From NCBI GenBank assembly GCA_050613775.1, contig JBODTK010000115.1, forward strand, positions 62,001 to 126,000: DNA of 64,000 nt, given 5' to 3'. Of the stretch, positions 38,540 through 52,944 are shown one piece after another. The notes beneath the pieces were generated by a model. It worked only from the letters and a program-made list of their open reading frames with translations. It ran no database searches and was not told where the DNA came from. The number at the start of each line of letters is the position of its first letter. Position 1 is the first letter of the stretch. The stretch comes from Neocallimastix sp. 'constans'. Lineage: Eukaryota. The position numbers were made by a program, and so were the translations under genes.

Positions 38540-39445
38540 AAAAAAATATTAATAAAATACTTTAACAATTATATAGATTTATTTATTTAAAAAAAATATT
38601 AATAAAATACCTTAACAATTATATAGATTTATTTATTTAAAAAAAAATATTAATAAAATACCTTAACAATTATATAGATTTATTTATTTAAAAAAAAATA
38701 TTAATAAAATACTTTAACAATTATATAGATTTATTTATTTAAAAAAAAATATTAATAAAATACCTTAACAATTATATAGATTTATTTATTTAAAAAAAAA
38801 TATTAATAAAATACTTTAACAATTATATAGATTTATTTATTTAAAAAAAAATATTAATAAAATACTTTAACAATTATATAGATTTATTTATTTAAAAAAA
38901 AAATATTGATAAAATACTTTAACAATTATATAGATTTATTTATTTAAAAAAAAATATTAATAAAATACTTTAACAATTATATAGATTTATTTATTTAAAA
39001 AAAATATTAATAAAATACTTTAACAATTATATAGATTTATTTATTTAAAAAAAATATTAATAAAATACTTTAACAATTATATAGATTTATTTATTTAAAA
39101 AAAATATTAATAAAATACTTTAACAATTATATAGATTTATTTATTTAAAAAAATATTAATAAAATACTTTAACAATTATATAGATTTATTTATTTAAAAA
39201 AAAATTAATAAAATACTTTAACAATTATATAGATTTATTTATTTAAAAAAAAATATTAATAAAATACTTTAACAATTATATAGATTTATTTATTTAAAAA
39301 ATATTAATAAAATATTTAAACAACTATTAATAAAATACTTTAGCAATTATATAGATTTATTTATTTAAAAAAAATATTAATAAAATACTTTAACAATTAT
39401 ATAGATTTATTTATTTAAAAAAAAAATTAATAAAATATTTAAACA
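38540..39445. repeat. ~58-bp subterminal tandem array (~15 copies) inside the MULE
   Basis: AAAATATTAATAAAATACTTTAACAATTATATAGATTTATTTATTTAAAAAA units. Confidence 0.92.
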
Positions 39446-39789
39446 ATTATTAATAAAATTAATTATAAACATTAATAATAAAATATAAAAATATAAAAAT
39501 ATATTATTGATATTAATATAAAAATATAGGATTATTTATTTTAAAAAAAATATTAATAAAATATTTAAACAATTATTAATAAAATAAATTATAATAATAA
39601 AATTATAGAATATTTATTTAAACTACATAAATTTTATCAAGAATATAAACATTTTAACTTTTTAATAATTATAAAATTTTAATTAATAAATTTAATTATA
39701 AGTTTTTGTATGAAAGAATTTTAATGATTTTTTCTTTTGGAAATTCCTCTGTCATTTCATAATTATTTATTATTAAATAATATTTATAA

Positions 39790-41203
39790 AATATTATTTA
39801 AATTAGTTAAACATTCAAACCACAATTTAGTAAGATCACTTCTATCATATTTAATATTAATTAACTTGGCTTCTTTATTTTTGTATTTTTCAATTAAGAT
39901 ATAATTTCATCAGTTTTTGTTTTTATTTTTTTTTTTCATTCTCCAAATTCCTTTTATTTTCATTTGGTAATCATAATATGATAAATGTTCCTGTTCTTTT
40001 AATTTATTTATTAATTCATAAAATTTTGGTTTCATTGGAAATAGTTTATTTAAAGAATTATTGAGTGATTCTGAAGCATTATTGGTTATATGTTCAATAT
40101 TATTATAATAATTCCAACTTTTCATATCGTAACCAATTAAATATGTTTCATAAAAATATTCTAAAAATTTTAAAAATTGACAAGAATTTTTTTCAATGGA
40201 TTTAGTTTTAATTAATGAAAAAATATCCATTATGTATTCAGGGTTGATAAATGGTAAGTTTGAAATTCCTTTGTAATAATTAAATATTTTTTCATCATCG
40301 TTCACTTCATTACGGCACAATTCATTTTTTTTAATTTCTAATAAATTTTTATAATGCCAAATACAGTATTTAATATTTATATTAGGAAATATTTTTTTAA
40401 CTGCTTTGGATATGCCTTTTTCAAAATCGCAATGTACATTTTTTGGTTCAGTTATAATATTATTATTAGAATTTTGTTTTAATTTATTGAATAACATTTT
40501 ATATGTTTTTTGCTTTTTATTTCTTAATATTGCATAAGAAGTAGTATAAAAACTATTCAATTCTTTAACGTAAGTTCTTGTAATAAACACTTGTTGACTA
40601 AATTTAGGTGCGATATAAAAAGTACCATCCACAAATATATCATTATTATATTTCTTAAATAATTTTGCTTGAAAAGGGGATTGAAAAATTACTAAATCAG
40701 AATTTTTGAATATCATAAAATCTTCATTTCGTTCAGTTTTATAATATTCAGATTCATTAGGAATTTCATTAAAAGTTGTTACATTGGATGGTAGTTTTTT
40801 ATTAATACTTCTTAATATTAGAGTTTTAACTGAAATATATTCTGGACACGGATATAAATCCCATTTCTTTAGAAATTTCATTATATAGTCTTTTTCGTTT
40901 TATATCAAAAGGATTTGAATGTTTTTTAATTTCATCTTTAATTTTATGTTTCATTACAGATAGGGATACACTATATTCGTTTCCAGGATGATTATGTAAA
41001 CTCTCATATTTTAAGATTTCTTTCTCATTATTTAAAATAATAAAAGATTTACATTTATTATTTTTTTTATATTCGGTACATTTATAAACTCTTGAATTAT
41101 CTTTCCTTGAATGTGAAAAATTAAATTTATATTGTTTATTAATAATGATTTGTTCTTCTCCTTTATTAGACTCACTTATATAAATAGTTATGTTTTCTTC
41201 CAT
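39790..41203 (-). pseudogene. MULE transposase (FLYWCH-like + DDE) split by frameshifts
   Basis: ORFs 41203-40826 (YKC...KCKS...HNH) and 40881-39910 (FVDGTF, HCDFE, CIWH, TNNASES) overlap at an apparent 4-bp insertion (~40850). Further frameshifting near the A-run ~39925 precedes LIEKYKNKE...KLWFECL. Confidence 0.88.
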
Positions 41204-43972
41204 TTATAAATTTTAATATATAGTTTTTAATTATATCTTTTAAATTATTATATTAATTATCTAAATATTATTTTTTAATATTAATTCTGAACAATTAAAT
41301 ATTTAATTTTTTTTAAAAGATAAAAAGTATTTTAATTATTTCTTTTTCTTTTAATTTTTTTAAAAAAAAACAGATACATAAAGTATATATGAAAATATTT
41401 TAATTTTTATTATTTAAAAATAAATTATTTATTTAATGTATATAAAAAAAATTTAATTATTTATTTATTCTAAATTAATATTAATTATTTTTTTTTAATA
41501 TATACTAATAAAGAATTTATGAATTAATTAATTATTTTATTTATATTATAATCTAATTAAATTATTAACTTTTAAGTCTTTTTAAAACAACAAATATATA
41601 TAGCATTTTTTAGCATATAAAGTAGAACTGGGCTTTCTACTGGTTGTTATGTGGCGGACTTAATAATCAACTGGTATCTATTCTTTATCTGATTTTCCCG
41701 ATAGGGTTTGGAGAAAGGGTAAAGGGGTTATAATGGCACAATTTCAGGTAAGTATTAATTCCGCTCCTACCATTATTGGATTGCCACGTATTTAATTTCT
41801 ATATTTGATCACCCATGGCATCCTAGTGTAGTTGTATAGCCTATACTGTGAGGGTTACGAGTTCAATTTCTATAGGATAACACGGATGTTATTTGGCAAG
41901 ACATGTCTACTGGAGCTACCTCTGCTTAGGAATTTGGAGCGCCGACGTCGAACTGATATAGTATAAGATATATATACCAAAGTATATATGTTCTTTACAA
42001 GCCCATATATATAATATGGGATAGACATGTGAATTCATATGTGTAAAAAACCTATTTATATATCTCTACAAAACGGTTGCTGTAATATATAAATAGTAAT
42101 TGAAATGTGAACAACAAATTTTAATTTTTGAAATTTCAATTTACAGCTATAATTTAAGTCTTATAAAAATATTATTTTGTAATTTTTATTATTACTTAAT
42201 ATTTTATTTATAAATTATATATAAAATAAAAGGTTTAATTCTATTATTAAGATGTTATAATAACAACTAAAGTTTTAGTTATAATATAAAAAATTAATAT
42301 TTTAAATAATATTAATTTAAATATAAATTTATAAAATAAAATTTTTTAATAATAAAATATAAAAATATTATATTGATATTAATAATAAAATATAAAAATA
42401 TAAAAATATAAAAATATAAAAATATAATATTAATAGAAAAATATAAAAATATAATATCAATAATAAAATATAAAATATAAAAATATAATATAAATATTAA
42501 TAATAAAATATAAAAAATAAGGTTATAAGGAAAATAATTATTTATCATTTTCCTTATAACATGATTGTCAAAAAAAAAAAAAAATTATATAAAAATATTT
42601 TATTTTTTATTGACCTTTTTAATTTTTATTTATTTATTTATTTACTTATTTATTTATACATTTATTTCTTTTTTACTTAAAATTATATTAAATTTTATGG
42701 CGTAATAATATAAATTTTAAAAGCCACAAATAAATAGATGGCTTATTAAAATTTCCAAAAAAAAAAATTGGCGAAATGGACCACATTCTAATCAATTGAG
42801 TAATATACGAATATACCTATTTAAACTATTTCAATATGAAAAAAAAGAATATTTATTATTTATTTAATTATTATTTATTTAATTAAAAAAGCCACATACG
42901 AAAATACGCCACATTGCGAAATGCAACTAGATTCAAATTTTCTTATGTAATGAAAAGTTTAACCTTTTATTGAACTTTTTTTTTTTTATCTTTATCTCTT
43001 AATTAAAAAGGATAATTTAATAATTAAGAATAGTTTAAAAAAAATTATATATATATATTATAATAATTAATTATAATATAAAAAGTTTAGCAAATATAAT
43101 AATATATGTGTATTTCTCATTTTTATATTACCCTTAATGTTTAAATGATATAAAAAAAAAAAAAAATAGTTAAAAAGTATATTTATATACACATCTATGA
43201 ATTATCATCATAATATAATATTTATTAAAAATATGCCTTTTTTTTTTTCCTTCTTTTTTCCTTTCATTTTATATGTAACACATTTTTTAATTTTATTTTT
43301 TTTTTTTTTTAAAAAAAAAAATATTCAATATGATTAATTATAATTAAGAGAAATAAGCTTACAAAATATGTACTTTGGTAAAATATTAATTTTTTTTGGG
43401 GGTTCATTCTAATTTTTTATTCATTTATATATATATATATACTTATAATTTTCATTAATTATTCTTATTCTTTCTTAGTTATTCTTTAAAATAAAGGAAA
43501 GAAAGGAGAAAAGAAAAAAGGAAAGGAAAAAAAAAAAAGTGATAGTTAATATATATATAATAATTTAAAAAGTAGAAATTTAAATATATATCATTAAGAT
43601 TAAGCATTATTTTAATCAATATTTGAAAATTATTTTTATATTTTTTTAATATTTTTTTTATATTTTTTATATTTCTTTCTTGTACTTTTTGTATTTTTTA
43701 ATATTTTTTTAATATTTTTATATATTTTTTAATATTTTTATATATTTTTTTTAATATATATATATATTATATATCTTTTTCATGTTTTTTTTTTTTTTAT
43801 TCGTTAGATGATGTGATGGATAACTACAAATTTATTAAAAGATTTCTATTCTAACAAATAAATAAATTCAAATTATTATTGGTAACTAAACAAATAAAAA
43901 TAATTAAAAAAATAAAAATAAAAAAAAAAGTTACTTTTTTAACTAAAAAGATATAATTAAAACAAAACAAAA

Positions 43973-44025
<53 letters not shown>

Positions 44026-45302
44026 CAAAAAGAAAGAAATCTTTTTTTTTTTTTTTTTTTTCTAAACTAAAAACTATTGTTTCTAACTCATATTTTAGAT
44101 TAAATTTTATATCATTTTAATTACATTTTAATATATTTTGTTTAAATTTGTAATTTTTATTTATTATATTTAAACCAATTTTTTTTTTTTTTTTAAATAT
44201 AATTTAAAATATATATATTGTTGTTAAGTATTATGATATTGTATGAAAAATAAAAATAATGATATTAAAATTAATTTTTTAATAATAATAATAATAATAA
44301 TAATAAAAATAAAAATAAAAATAATAGCTTTTATGAATGGTTATGACATAAAGATATGATATAAAGTATCTTATGATTGAGTGTCTTGAATAATATTTTA
44401 TATTGTTTGTATTATTATTGAAAAATCTTATATATAGCTTTTTTTTTTTTTTTCAAAAATATTTTTTGTTGGTATCATTTTTTGTTCTATTATATTTTTA
44501 TAAAAATAATAGTATTCCAAAAAATTAATGTTTCTGGAAAAGAACAAAATTAAAGTTTATGTATAATATTAGACATAGACCATAATAATGTTACTACTAA
44601 AAATTATATATATGTATAATATATATCACTTAATATTATATACATCATGTTTTTAATTTCTTATAAAAAAAATTTTTATCTTTTTTTTTTTTTTTTTTAT
44701 CATTTTCTTTTTTCTATACTTAATTTATTATTAAATAATATTTTTAAGGTATTCAATAATTTTTTTACTTCATATTAACATAATTAACTTTTTAAATTCA
44801 ATTGACATTTCCTCTTAATCAGTAACTAATTTTTTTTTTTTCATTTAGTATATAATTAATAATTATTTGGTTCTTCCATACCATTTAATATTGTATAATA
44901 ATTTTAAATTATATTATTACATTTAAAGTTTAACTTTTATGTCATTTTTTCTTATTTTTTTTTTTTTTTTTTTTAAAAAAAAACAAAAAAAAAGTTTTAT
45001 CTATTAATTATTATTTTTTAACATTTAATATTGGAGCTATTTTTTTTTTTCCTAACCAAAAATAAATATATTGACTAAAAATATATATTAAATTATTATA
45101 TACATTTATTTTAAATATAATTTTACTAATATTTTTATATTTAAATTATAAAAAAAAAAAAAAACTTTAATTATAAGAAACTTTAATTCTTAAAATTAAA
45201 TATGTATATATAGTATTATAGAAAAAAAATAAAAGTAATAAAGAAAGTTTGGACACTCTAATACTTTTTAAATAAAATGTCAAAACCTTTCTTATTATAT
45301 TA

Positions 45303-45336
<34 letters not shown>

Positions 45337-46124
45337 TATTGCCCATAATAAAATATAATAAAATTAATTTTAACATATTTATGTATAAATTTAGTAGTAA
45401 ATATATATATATATTTTTTTTGGTCCATTGTTCACTTTTCCTTTTTACTGTTCATAATAGTATACGTATAATAATTAAAAAGCTAATGTCTTAAAATAAA
45501 AATATTTGTCAATGTTATGAAAAATTTTTTATTATAGTCCCAATTTTTGTGAATAAATAAAAAAAAAAAAATAATTAAATAAAATAATATATATACATTT
45601 ATATTAGGAAATGTATAATTATAATATTACTTTATAATAATTATTACTTTTTATTCATTTTTATCATTATATTTTCCATTATATTTTCTATTAGATCATC
45701 TATTTTTACTTGTATATTATTAATACTTTTTTTTTTTTTTATTATTTTTTATTTTTAATTATTTTTAATATTTATAAAATTTATTTTATTTATATATTAA
45801 AGATAAAATTCTTTTTTCATGATATGATAAATTGTAAAAAATATATATTTATGTATTTTATAATAATTTTTTTATAATAATACTATTAATTTAGTGATAT
45901 ATTAAGGAAATATTCTTTTTTTTTTTTTTTATTTTTGTGAATAAAGAAGAATACATATATTTATTATTAAATTGTATTATTATTTACAAAATAAGATATA
46001 GCAAATGTTTGTATTCGTTTTTAAATTGTAAAAGTATTTTATTTTTTTTTATTAATTACTATAATTTAATAATTATTAACTACATATAAATTTATAATTT
46101 CAACAAAACAGTCTTTTCACTTTA

Positions 46125-46568
46125 TTATTCACTCATTTCTTGAACTCCATTTTCTTCATCATTCCCTAAATATTCTAATATTCTTTCAACAGTTTTACCT
46201 CTAAAATTACTAGCAATACGTCTGCAAGTTAAATTTAAGAGATTCTTAATATCCAAAAAGTCAGCAGCAAGAGCAGTATCAAATAAATCTTTCTTAGTAA
46301 ATCTTTCTAAGTATTCTGTATCCCAATTATCATTATTTTCATAATAATTATGACCATATTCATCTGTATTATCGTTACGATGATACTCACAGTATTCAAT
46401 AACTTTTTCTAAAATATTACCTGTAATCGTTAAAAGTGGAATATTTTCATTATTATCTTCATCAACATCTTCTAACAGATCATTTAAAAGTTTGGATTTT
46501 ATAGCAACTTCTTTATCAACAGTGAAGACCCTACCATCTTTAGATTCTAAATTAACCTGGATATCCAT
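46125..46568 (-). CDS. Intronless divergent Skp1 paralog, 147 aa
   Basis: [23 protein letters not shown] and LAADFLDIKNLLNLTCRRIASNFRGKT. The C-terminus lacks FTPEEE/ENEW. Confidence 0.9.
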   Translation of the reverse strand: MDIQVNLESKDGRVFTVDKEVAIKSKLLNDLLEDVDEDNNENIPLLTITGNILEKVIEYCEYHRNDNTDEYGHNYYENNDNWDTEYLERFTKKDLFDTALAADFLDIKNLLNLTCRRIASNFRGKTVERILEYLGNDEENGVQEMSE

Positions 46569-48106
46569 CTTGATTTTACTTTTTCTATAAATTTTTTAAT
46601 TATTTATAAAATATAAATCAATTAATGTAATAAAAAAAAAATATTAATATTTTAATCTTTTTAAATTTCTTTATTAATATTTCTTTTTTAATTTTAATTG
46701 TAACACATTTCATTTTATATTATTTTAAATTATTTTTATAGATCTATATAAATTTAATAATTTATCTATTTTAATATTTTTATCCCTTTTTCCTTTTATT
46801 TCTTTTTTTTTTTTTTTTTTTTTTTTAGTAAATAATTTTAAATATAAAATTTAAATTTTTTAATTTACCTTTGAATAGTTTAATATATAATTTTATTAAT
46901 ATTTGTTAGAAATAGAGTTTAATAGAGCTTTAGATTAATCATAATTCTTGTATAACTTTAATTATATATTTTATATTTTATTTAATCATTACCATTATAT
47001 TGTGACATATAAAAATAAAGAGTTCAGATGATTTCATTAGATTTATGTGGATAAAACATAAATATTAATTACATGTAATAAATAATTTCATTTATTTTTA
47101 TTTCGAAAAATTTCATTTTGTAAAAATTTTTTTAAAAGTTAATAAATAAATAAGTTAATAATAAAACAAATAAATACTATATGTAATTTAAATAAATAAC
47201 TAAATAAATGAAAAATAAATAAATAAAATTATAATATATATATAAATAAGATTAAAATTAAATTTTTTTTTTAAAAAAAAAAAAATATTTATACAATAAA
47301 TTATAAAAATATATAACAATAAATATACATTAGAATTAAAGCTTTAAAAAAATAAAATGTTCTATCACACGTTTTTATAATTTTTCAAAATATAAATAAA
47401 ACTAATAATAATTTTAAATATATAAAAAAAAATAATATTAAAGATGCATAAAGATAATAATTTAAGTTATAATTATTAAATTTAAAAAAAAAAAAAAAAA
47501 AAAACAATATTTAAATAATTATTTGATTATTTTTTCATTTTTACACCTTTTAAATTCTTGCGCAGTATTTTTTATAAAATCTTAAACTTTAATAAAAAAT
47601 ATTTTAATATTTAGTAAAGATTAATAAATATTAATAAATATATTTAATAAAAGAGATATTTATGGATAGTCTTATAAAAAAAAAAAATATTTTAATATAT
47701 GGTTATATAGAATGTTTTTTAAAATTATTTCTTTTTTTTTTTAAATAAAAAAAAAAAGAGATAGTTGTAAATATAATTAAATATTATTATTATTTTTTTT
47801 TTTTTTAATATTTAAATATTGAAATATTTAAAACTTTTATTTTATTAAATAAATAAAAATATAATAAAATAAAAAATATTAATTTAATTATTTATTATTT
47901 TTAAATTTTTTTATTATTTTCTTTAATATTATTTAAAATTTATTATTTATTTATTTTATTATTTATTTATCTACTGATTAAAATTATGCGAAATGCACCT
48001 TTTAGCGAAATGAAATTTTTCAAAAAATGTACTTCCTCTATTTTTATATTCTAATTATTGTTAAATTAAAAAAAAAGTAATTGATCCCAATTTAATTTCA
48101 TTAAAA

Positions 48107-49630
48107 GATTAAGAGTCTCAGTTAGACTTTACTTTTTTACATATTTTAAGTGTATAGATTATTGTTAACACTGTTTTTAAATATTTTTATTAATTCCATA
48201 ACATTTTAAAAAAATTTTTTTTTTTTTTTTTGAAATTTTAAAATTTTGAAATTTGAAATGAGTTTTGAAACAGATAAATTCATTTTGTAATAATTCCAAT
48301 GGTTCCTTTTTTTAAAAAAGAAAAAAAAAACCTAAAAACTCGACATTAAAAGTAATTCTTATGATGTGTGGGAAATGAAAATAAAAATAAAAATAAGAAC
48401 GTTATTACATATTAATATATTAATAAAATATATTTCAAAAGATCAAATTGAAAAATATACAAACAACGTTGAAAAGTTCATGATGAAATACCTGAGTATG
48501 TTAATGTTATTTCATTAATATAGGTATTCAAGTTCAAATGTGTGTTGTTAGAAGGTAACATATCAAAAAAAGGAAAGCAAGATTTGTTGCTCGTAGATTC
48601 ACACAACAATAACAATATGGAATTGATTTTAAGAAAACTTTCTCACCTACTTTTTTTAAAACAAGATACATTAAAAATAATGGTTACAATTACTTCTCAA
48701 AGAATAGTTGTAACATACATCAAACGGATATTTAGGCTGCTTATCTCAATACTAAATTAAATGAAGATATATATATGTATTTGACTGAAAGCGAAGAAAT
48801 TGCAAATTAAATAAAGCCTTGTTTAGATTAAAACAAAGCTGGACGTATGTGGGAATGATACATTAAATATGGTATTATTAAATCTTAAATTTACTAGATT
48901 ATCCAATGAACCTTACCTATATGTAAAGAGAGATTAAAATTGGAGATATCATTTGTTTATTAGTAGTATACGTAGATTCTGTTTTCTTTACTAGTAAAGA
49001 CTCTGAAATACAAAAGATTAAAAATTTTTTGGAAAGAAAAATTTGAAATTACTGATATTGAACTCGTAGATTTTATTATTGGTGTAAAAATTTCGTTAAA
49101 TGAAAGAATAGATTTTTTAATTCGTCAAAAGAGATATTTAAAATAGTATTTTTAGAAAAATTCCTACTTTCTTTGGCATTTTTAAGTTTAATAAATTTAA
49201 AGATTAATATAGCAATTAAATTAATAATCCTTAATTACTTATTAAAGATTTTGAATCTGTCGTGTTTTAAAATTAAAAATAATTTTATTTTTTCAATAGA
49301 ATTGTTACAATAGATTCTGATTTAGGAGGTAATACAAAAACAAAAAACAAGAAGCTCGACCACAGGATTTTTAATGACAACAAATTCTGCTCCATCTAGT
49401 TAGTTATTCCAAATTGCAAAGAACTCTTGCATTATCAACTACTGAAAGTGAATATTAGAGTATTAATGAATGCTCTCGTCATTGTCTTTGTTATATAAAT
49501 TTATTCAAGGAATTAAATATCAACATAAAATGTATAACAATTAACTCAGATAATAAAGCTACTATTTACAATTGCAAAAACGAAATCATTAATACAAAAT
49601 TGAAACATACAGATTTTAAAATTTATTAAA
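48107..49630 (+). mobile_element. Decayed, internally deleted Ty1/copia remnant
   Basis: PBS-like GATTAAGAGTCTCA at 48107. RT fragments QTDI*AAYLNTKLNEDIY, AGRMW and VYVD. RNase H fragments DSDLGG, RSSTTGF, ALSTTESEY, DNKA and KHTD. Confidence 0.85.
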
Positions 49631-49653
49631 TATACAATAAAGAAATAATGCAA

Positions 49654-49699
<46 letters not shown>

Positions 49700-50541
49700 A
49701 ACTTTAAAGTTAGAGAAAAGTTATAAAAAATAATTAATTAATTAATAAATAAAAGTTATATTATTTTAATAAAATATACTTTATATTATTTCTATTATAT
49801 ATAAAAAATAATTAATTAATAAATAAATGGGATATTTTTTTAATAAAATATACTTTTATTTATTTTATTTTTGTTAATACATTAAAAACACAAAAGAAAT
49901 AATATAAAGTTTAAAATATTTATTTTATATTTTTATTATATATTGATATTAAAATATATTTTATTATATTATGGCAACTTAGTATAATAAAATTTATTTT
50001 TAATATATTTAATTATATATAGAGAGATTTTATTATCAGTCACAATTATTGCTAATGAAAAGAAAAGAAATTATTTTTAAATGATTTTTAATATATATTT
50101 TTTTTAACAATTTACCATATACCAGAGAAAAGAATTTTATTTTTAATATATAAATAAGATAAAATTAATAAAATAAAATTATTTTTATGTATTTAATGAT
50201 AATCAAATTAGCTGATCACACATATATGGCTTTTATACTAATATTAGCATAAATTGGCATTCAAATACAAATTACAGATTGGACCTTTTATTAATTTTAA
50301 TTTTTTTTTTTATGATAATACTATTAGTTTAGAGACATATAAAGAAATATAGATAATTCCTTACAATAACTCTATTTAACAACACATATGTTAAATTATT
50401 ACTTATAAAATAGAATATAATAAATATTTGTATTTATTTTTTAAGTTGTAAATTTATTTTTTTTTTTTACTATTAATTATTATATAGTTTATTACTTACA
50501 AAACTACATATAAAAATTTAAATTTCAGTAAAACAACCTTT

Positions 50542-50995
50542 TTACATTATTATTTTCTCTTTTTCTACTCCTTCTGGGTTTGAAATGTTAAAGTATCCTC
50601 TTAAAAATTCAACATTATTATCTCTGATAATTTTAGCAATATGTCCTCAAGTTAAATCTAAGAGATCCTTAATATTCAAAAAGTTAAGCAACAACAATGG
50701 TTTTATATAAATCTTCTTTCGTGGTAAATTTTTCTATGTATTCTTTATCCCAATCGTCATTATATTTATCACCATGAATATATTTATCAGTACTATCGTT
50801 ACGATGATGTTCACAGTATTCAATAACTTTTTCTAAAGTATTACCTGAAACATTAGGAAGTGAAATATTTTCATTATCATTTTCATCAACATATTCTAAT
50901 CTGTCTCTTAAAAGTTCGGATAGCATACCAACTTCTTTATCGATTGTGAAGACCCTACCATCACTAGATATTAAATTTGCTTTGATTTCAGTCAT
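50542..50995 (-). pseudogene. Intronless Skp1 paralog pseudogene
   Basis: ORF 50995-50684 stops after a 1-bp insertion (VVA[t]NFLNIKDLLDLT). The shifted frame has TGA at the conserved Cys (LT*GHIAK) and ends at 50542. Confidence 0.88.
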
Positions 50996-51395
50996 CTTGA
51001 TTTTACTTTTTTCTTTAAATTTTTACACAATATTTATGAAATATAAATCAATTAATGTAATATAAAAAAAATATTTTAATATTTTAAACTTTTTAAATTT
51101 CTTTATTAATTTTAATTGTATCACATTTCATTTTATATAAATTTAAATTATTTTTATAGACCTACATAAATTTAATAATTTATCTATTTTAATATATTTA
51201 TCTCTTTTTCCTTTTATTCTTTTTTTTTTTTTTTTTTTTTTTATTATCAAATAATTTTAAATATAAAATCTAAATTTTTTAATTTACCTTTTACCAAGGT
51301 CGGTATACACCAAAAACAAAAAATAAAAGTAATAATAATTTACTATTGAATAGTTTAATAGATAATTTTATTAATATTTTTATATGAAAAAATTC

Positions 51396-51436
<41 letters not shown>

Positions 51437-51957
51437 TTAATTATATGAAAACTTTAATTCCTAATATTAAAATATTAAATGTATATATATATATATATTT
51501 TATAGTATTAAAAAAAAATACAATAAAAAAGTTTGGTTATTTTTATATAAAATATTCTAACTTTTCCTGTTATTATTTTCTCTTTTTTTTTTATCGCTAA
51601 TGTTAAAAATATAAATTTATATTTAAATATTTAAATATATATTTTTATTTTTTTATTTTTTTTTTTTTTTTGTCCATTTTCACTTTTTACTATTCATAAT
51701 AATTTACATAGAATAATTAAAATGCTAATATCTTTTAAAATAAAACCAATTATTAAAGTAAAAAAAATAATATAAAATGAAATGTGTTAAATAAAAATTA
51801 ATAAAAAAATTTAAAAGTTCAAACTATTAATATTTTTTTAATTTTATTAATTTATACACATTTATATTTTATAGGTATATATATCTTTTATATTTTTATT
51901 TTTATTTTCATTTTTATCCTTTTTAAATAATGAAATTAGCATTCTGAAGTCTATTCG

Positions 51958-52431
51958 TTATTCGTTCTCTCTCTTAATTTCTTCTTCTTCTTCTGGAGTG
52001 GAAACATTTTCAATATTAAAGAGAGCTCTAAGTTCTTCTAGCTTCTTACCTTTAATTATTTTAGCAACATGACCACAAGTTAAATCTAAAAGTGGTTTGA
52101 TATTCATGTAGTTAGCAGCAAGGATAACTTCGTATAAAACTTCTAAAACTTCATTAGGGGTTAATCTTTTTATGTATTCTTTATCCCAATCGTCATTATA
52201 TTTATCACCATGAATATATTTATCAGTACTATCGTTACGATGATGTTCACAGTATTCAATAACTTTTTCTAAAGCATCACCTGAAACATTAGGAAGTGGA
52301 ATATTTTCATTATCATTTTCATCAACATATTCTAATCTGTCTCTTAAAAGTTCGGATTGCATACCAACTTCTTTATCGATTGTGAAGACCCTACCATCAC
52401 TAGATATTAAATTTACTTTGATTTCAGTCAT
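51958..52431 (-). CDS. Intronless Skp1 paralog, 157 aa
   Basis: [36 protein letters not shown] and FNIENVSTPEEEEEIKRENE. The stop falls where the parent has W, and the 3' flank matches the parent 3' UTR. Confidence 0.92.
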   Translation of the reverse strand: MTEIKVNLISSDGRVFTIDKEVGMQSELLRDRLEYVDENDNENIPLPNVSGDALEKVIEYCEHHRNDSTDKYIHGDKYNDDWDKEYIKRLTPNEVLEVLYEVILAANYMNIKPLLDLTCGHVAKIIKGKKLEELRALFNIENVSTPEEEEEIKRENE

Positions 52432-52881
52432 CTTGATTTTACTTTTTTCTTTAAATTTTTACACAATATTTATGAAATATAAATCAATTAATATAATAAT
52501 AAATATATTTCTTTAAATTTTTATACAATATTTATGAAATATAAATCAATTAATATAATAATAAATATTTAATATTTTAAATTTCCTTCTTAAATTTCTT
52601 TATTAATTGTAATTGTAACCCATTTCATTTTATATAATTTCAAATTATTTTTATACATCTATATAAATTTTAAGGGTTTATCTATTATAATATATTTATC
52701 CCTTTTATTCCTTTTTTTTTTTTTTTTATTATCAAATAATTTTAAATATAAAATTTAAACTTCTTAATTTATCTTTTACCAAGGACGGTTCACACAGAAA
52801 ATAAAAAAAAAATAATAATAATATTTTTCTTTTGAATATTTTAATATATAATTTTATTAATATTTTTATATAAAAAATTAC

Positions 52882-52944
<63 letters not shown>

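Larger units (their letters stand above)
38282..42788 (-). mobile_element. Mutator-like DNA transposon (MULE), complete boundaries, 4507 bp
   Basis: Imperfect TIRs GGGAGAGGTCCAAAACGCCAATTTTTTT and (reverse complement) GAATGTGGTCCATTTCGCCAATTTTTTT. Perfect 9-bp TSD TAATCAATT at 38273-38281 and 42789-42797. Contains a MULE transposase. Confidence 0.93.

Noticed and set aside
41746..41756. ATACTTACCTG on the minus strand, identical to the U1 snRNA 5' end
   Set aside because: No U1 loop I/II motifs or Sm site follow; it is simply the complement of a consensus splice donor.
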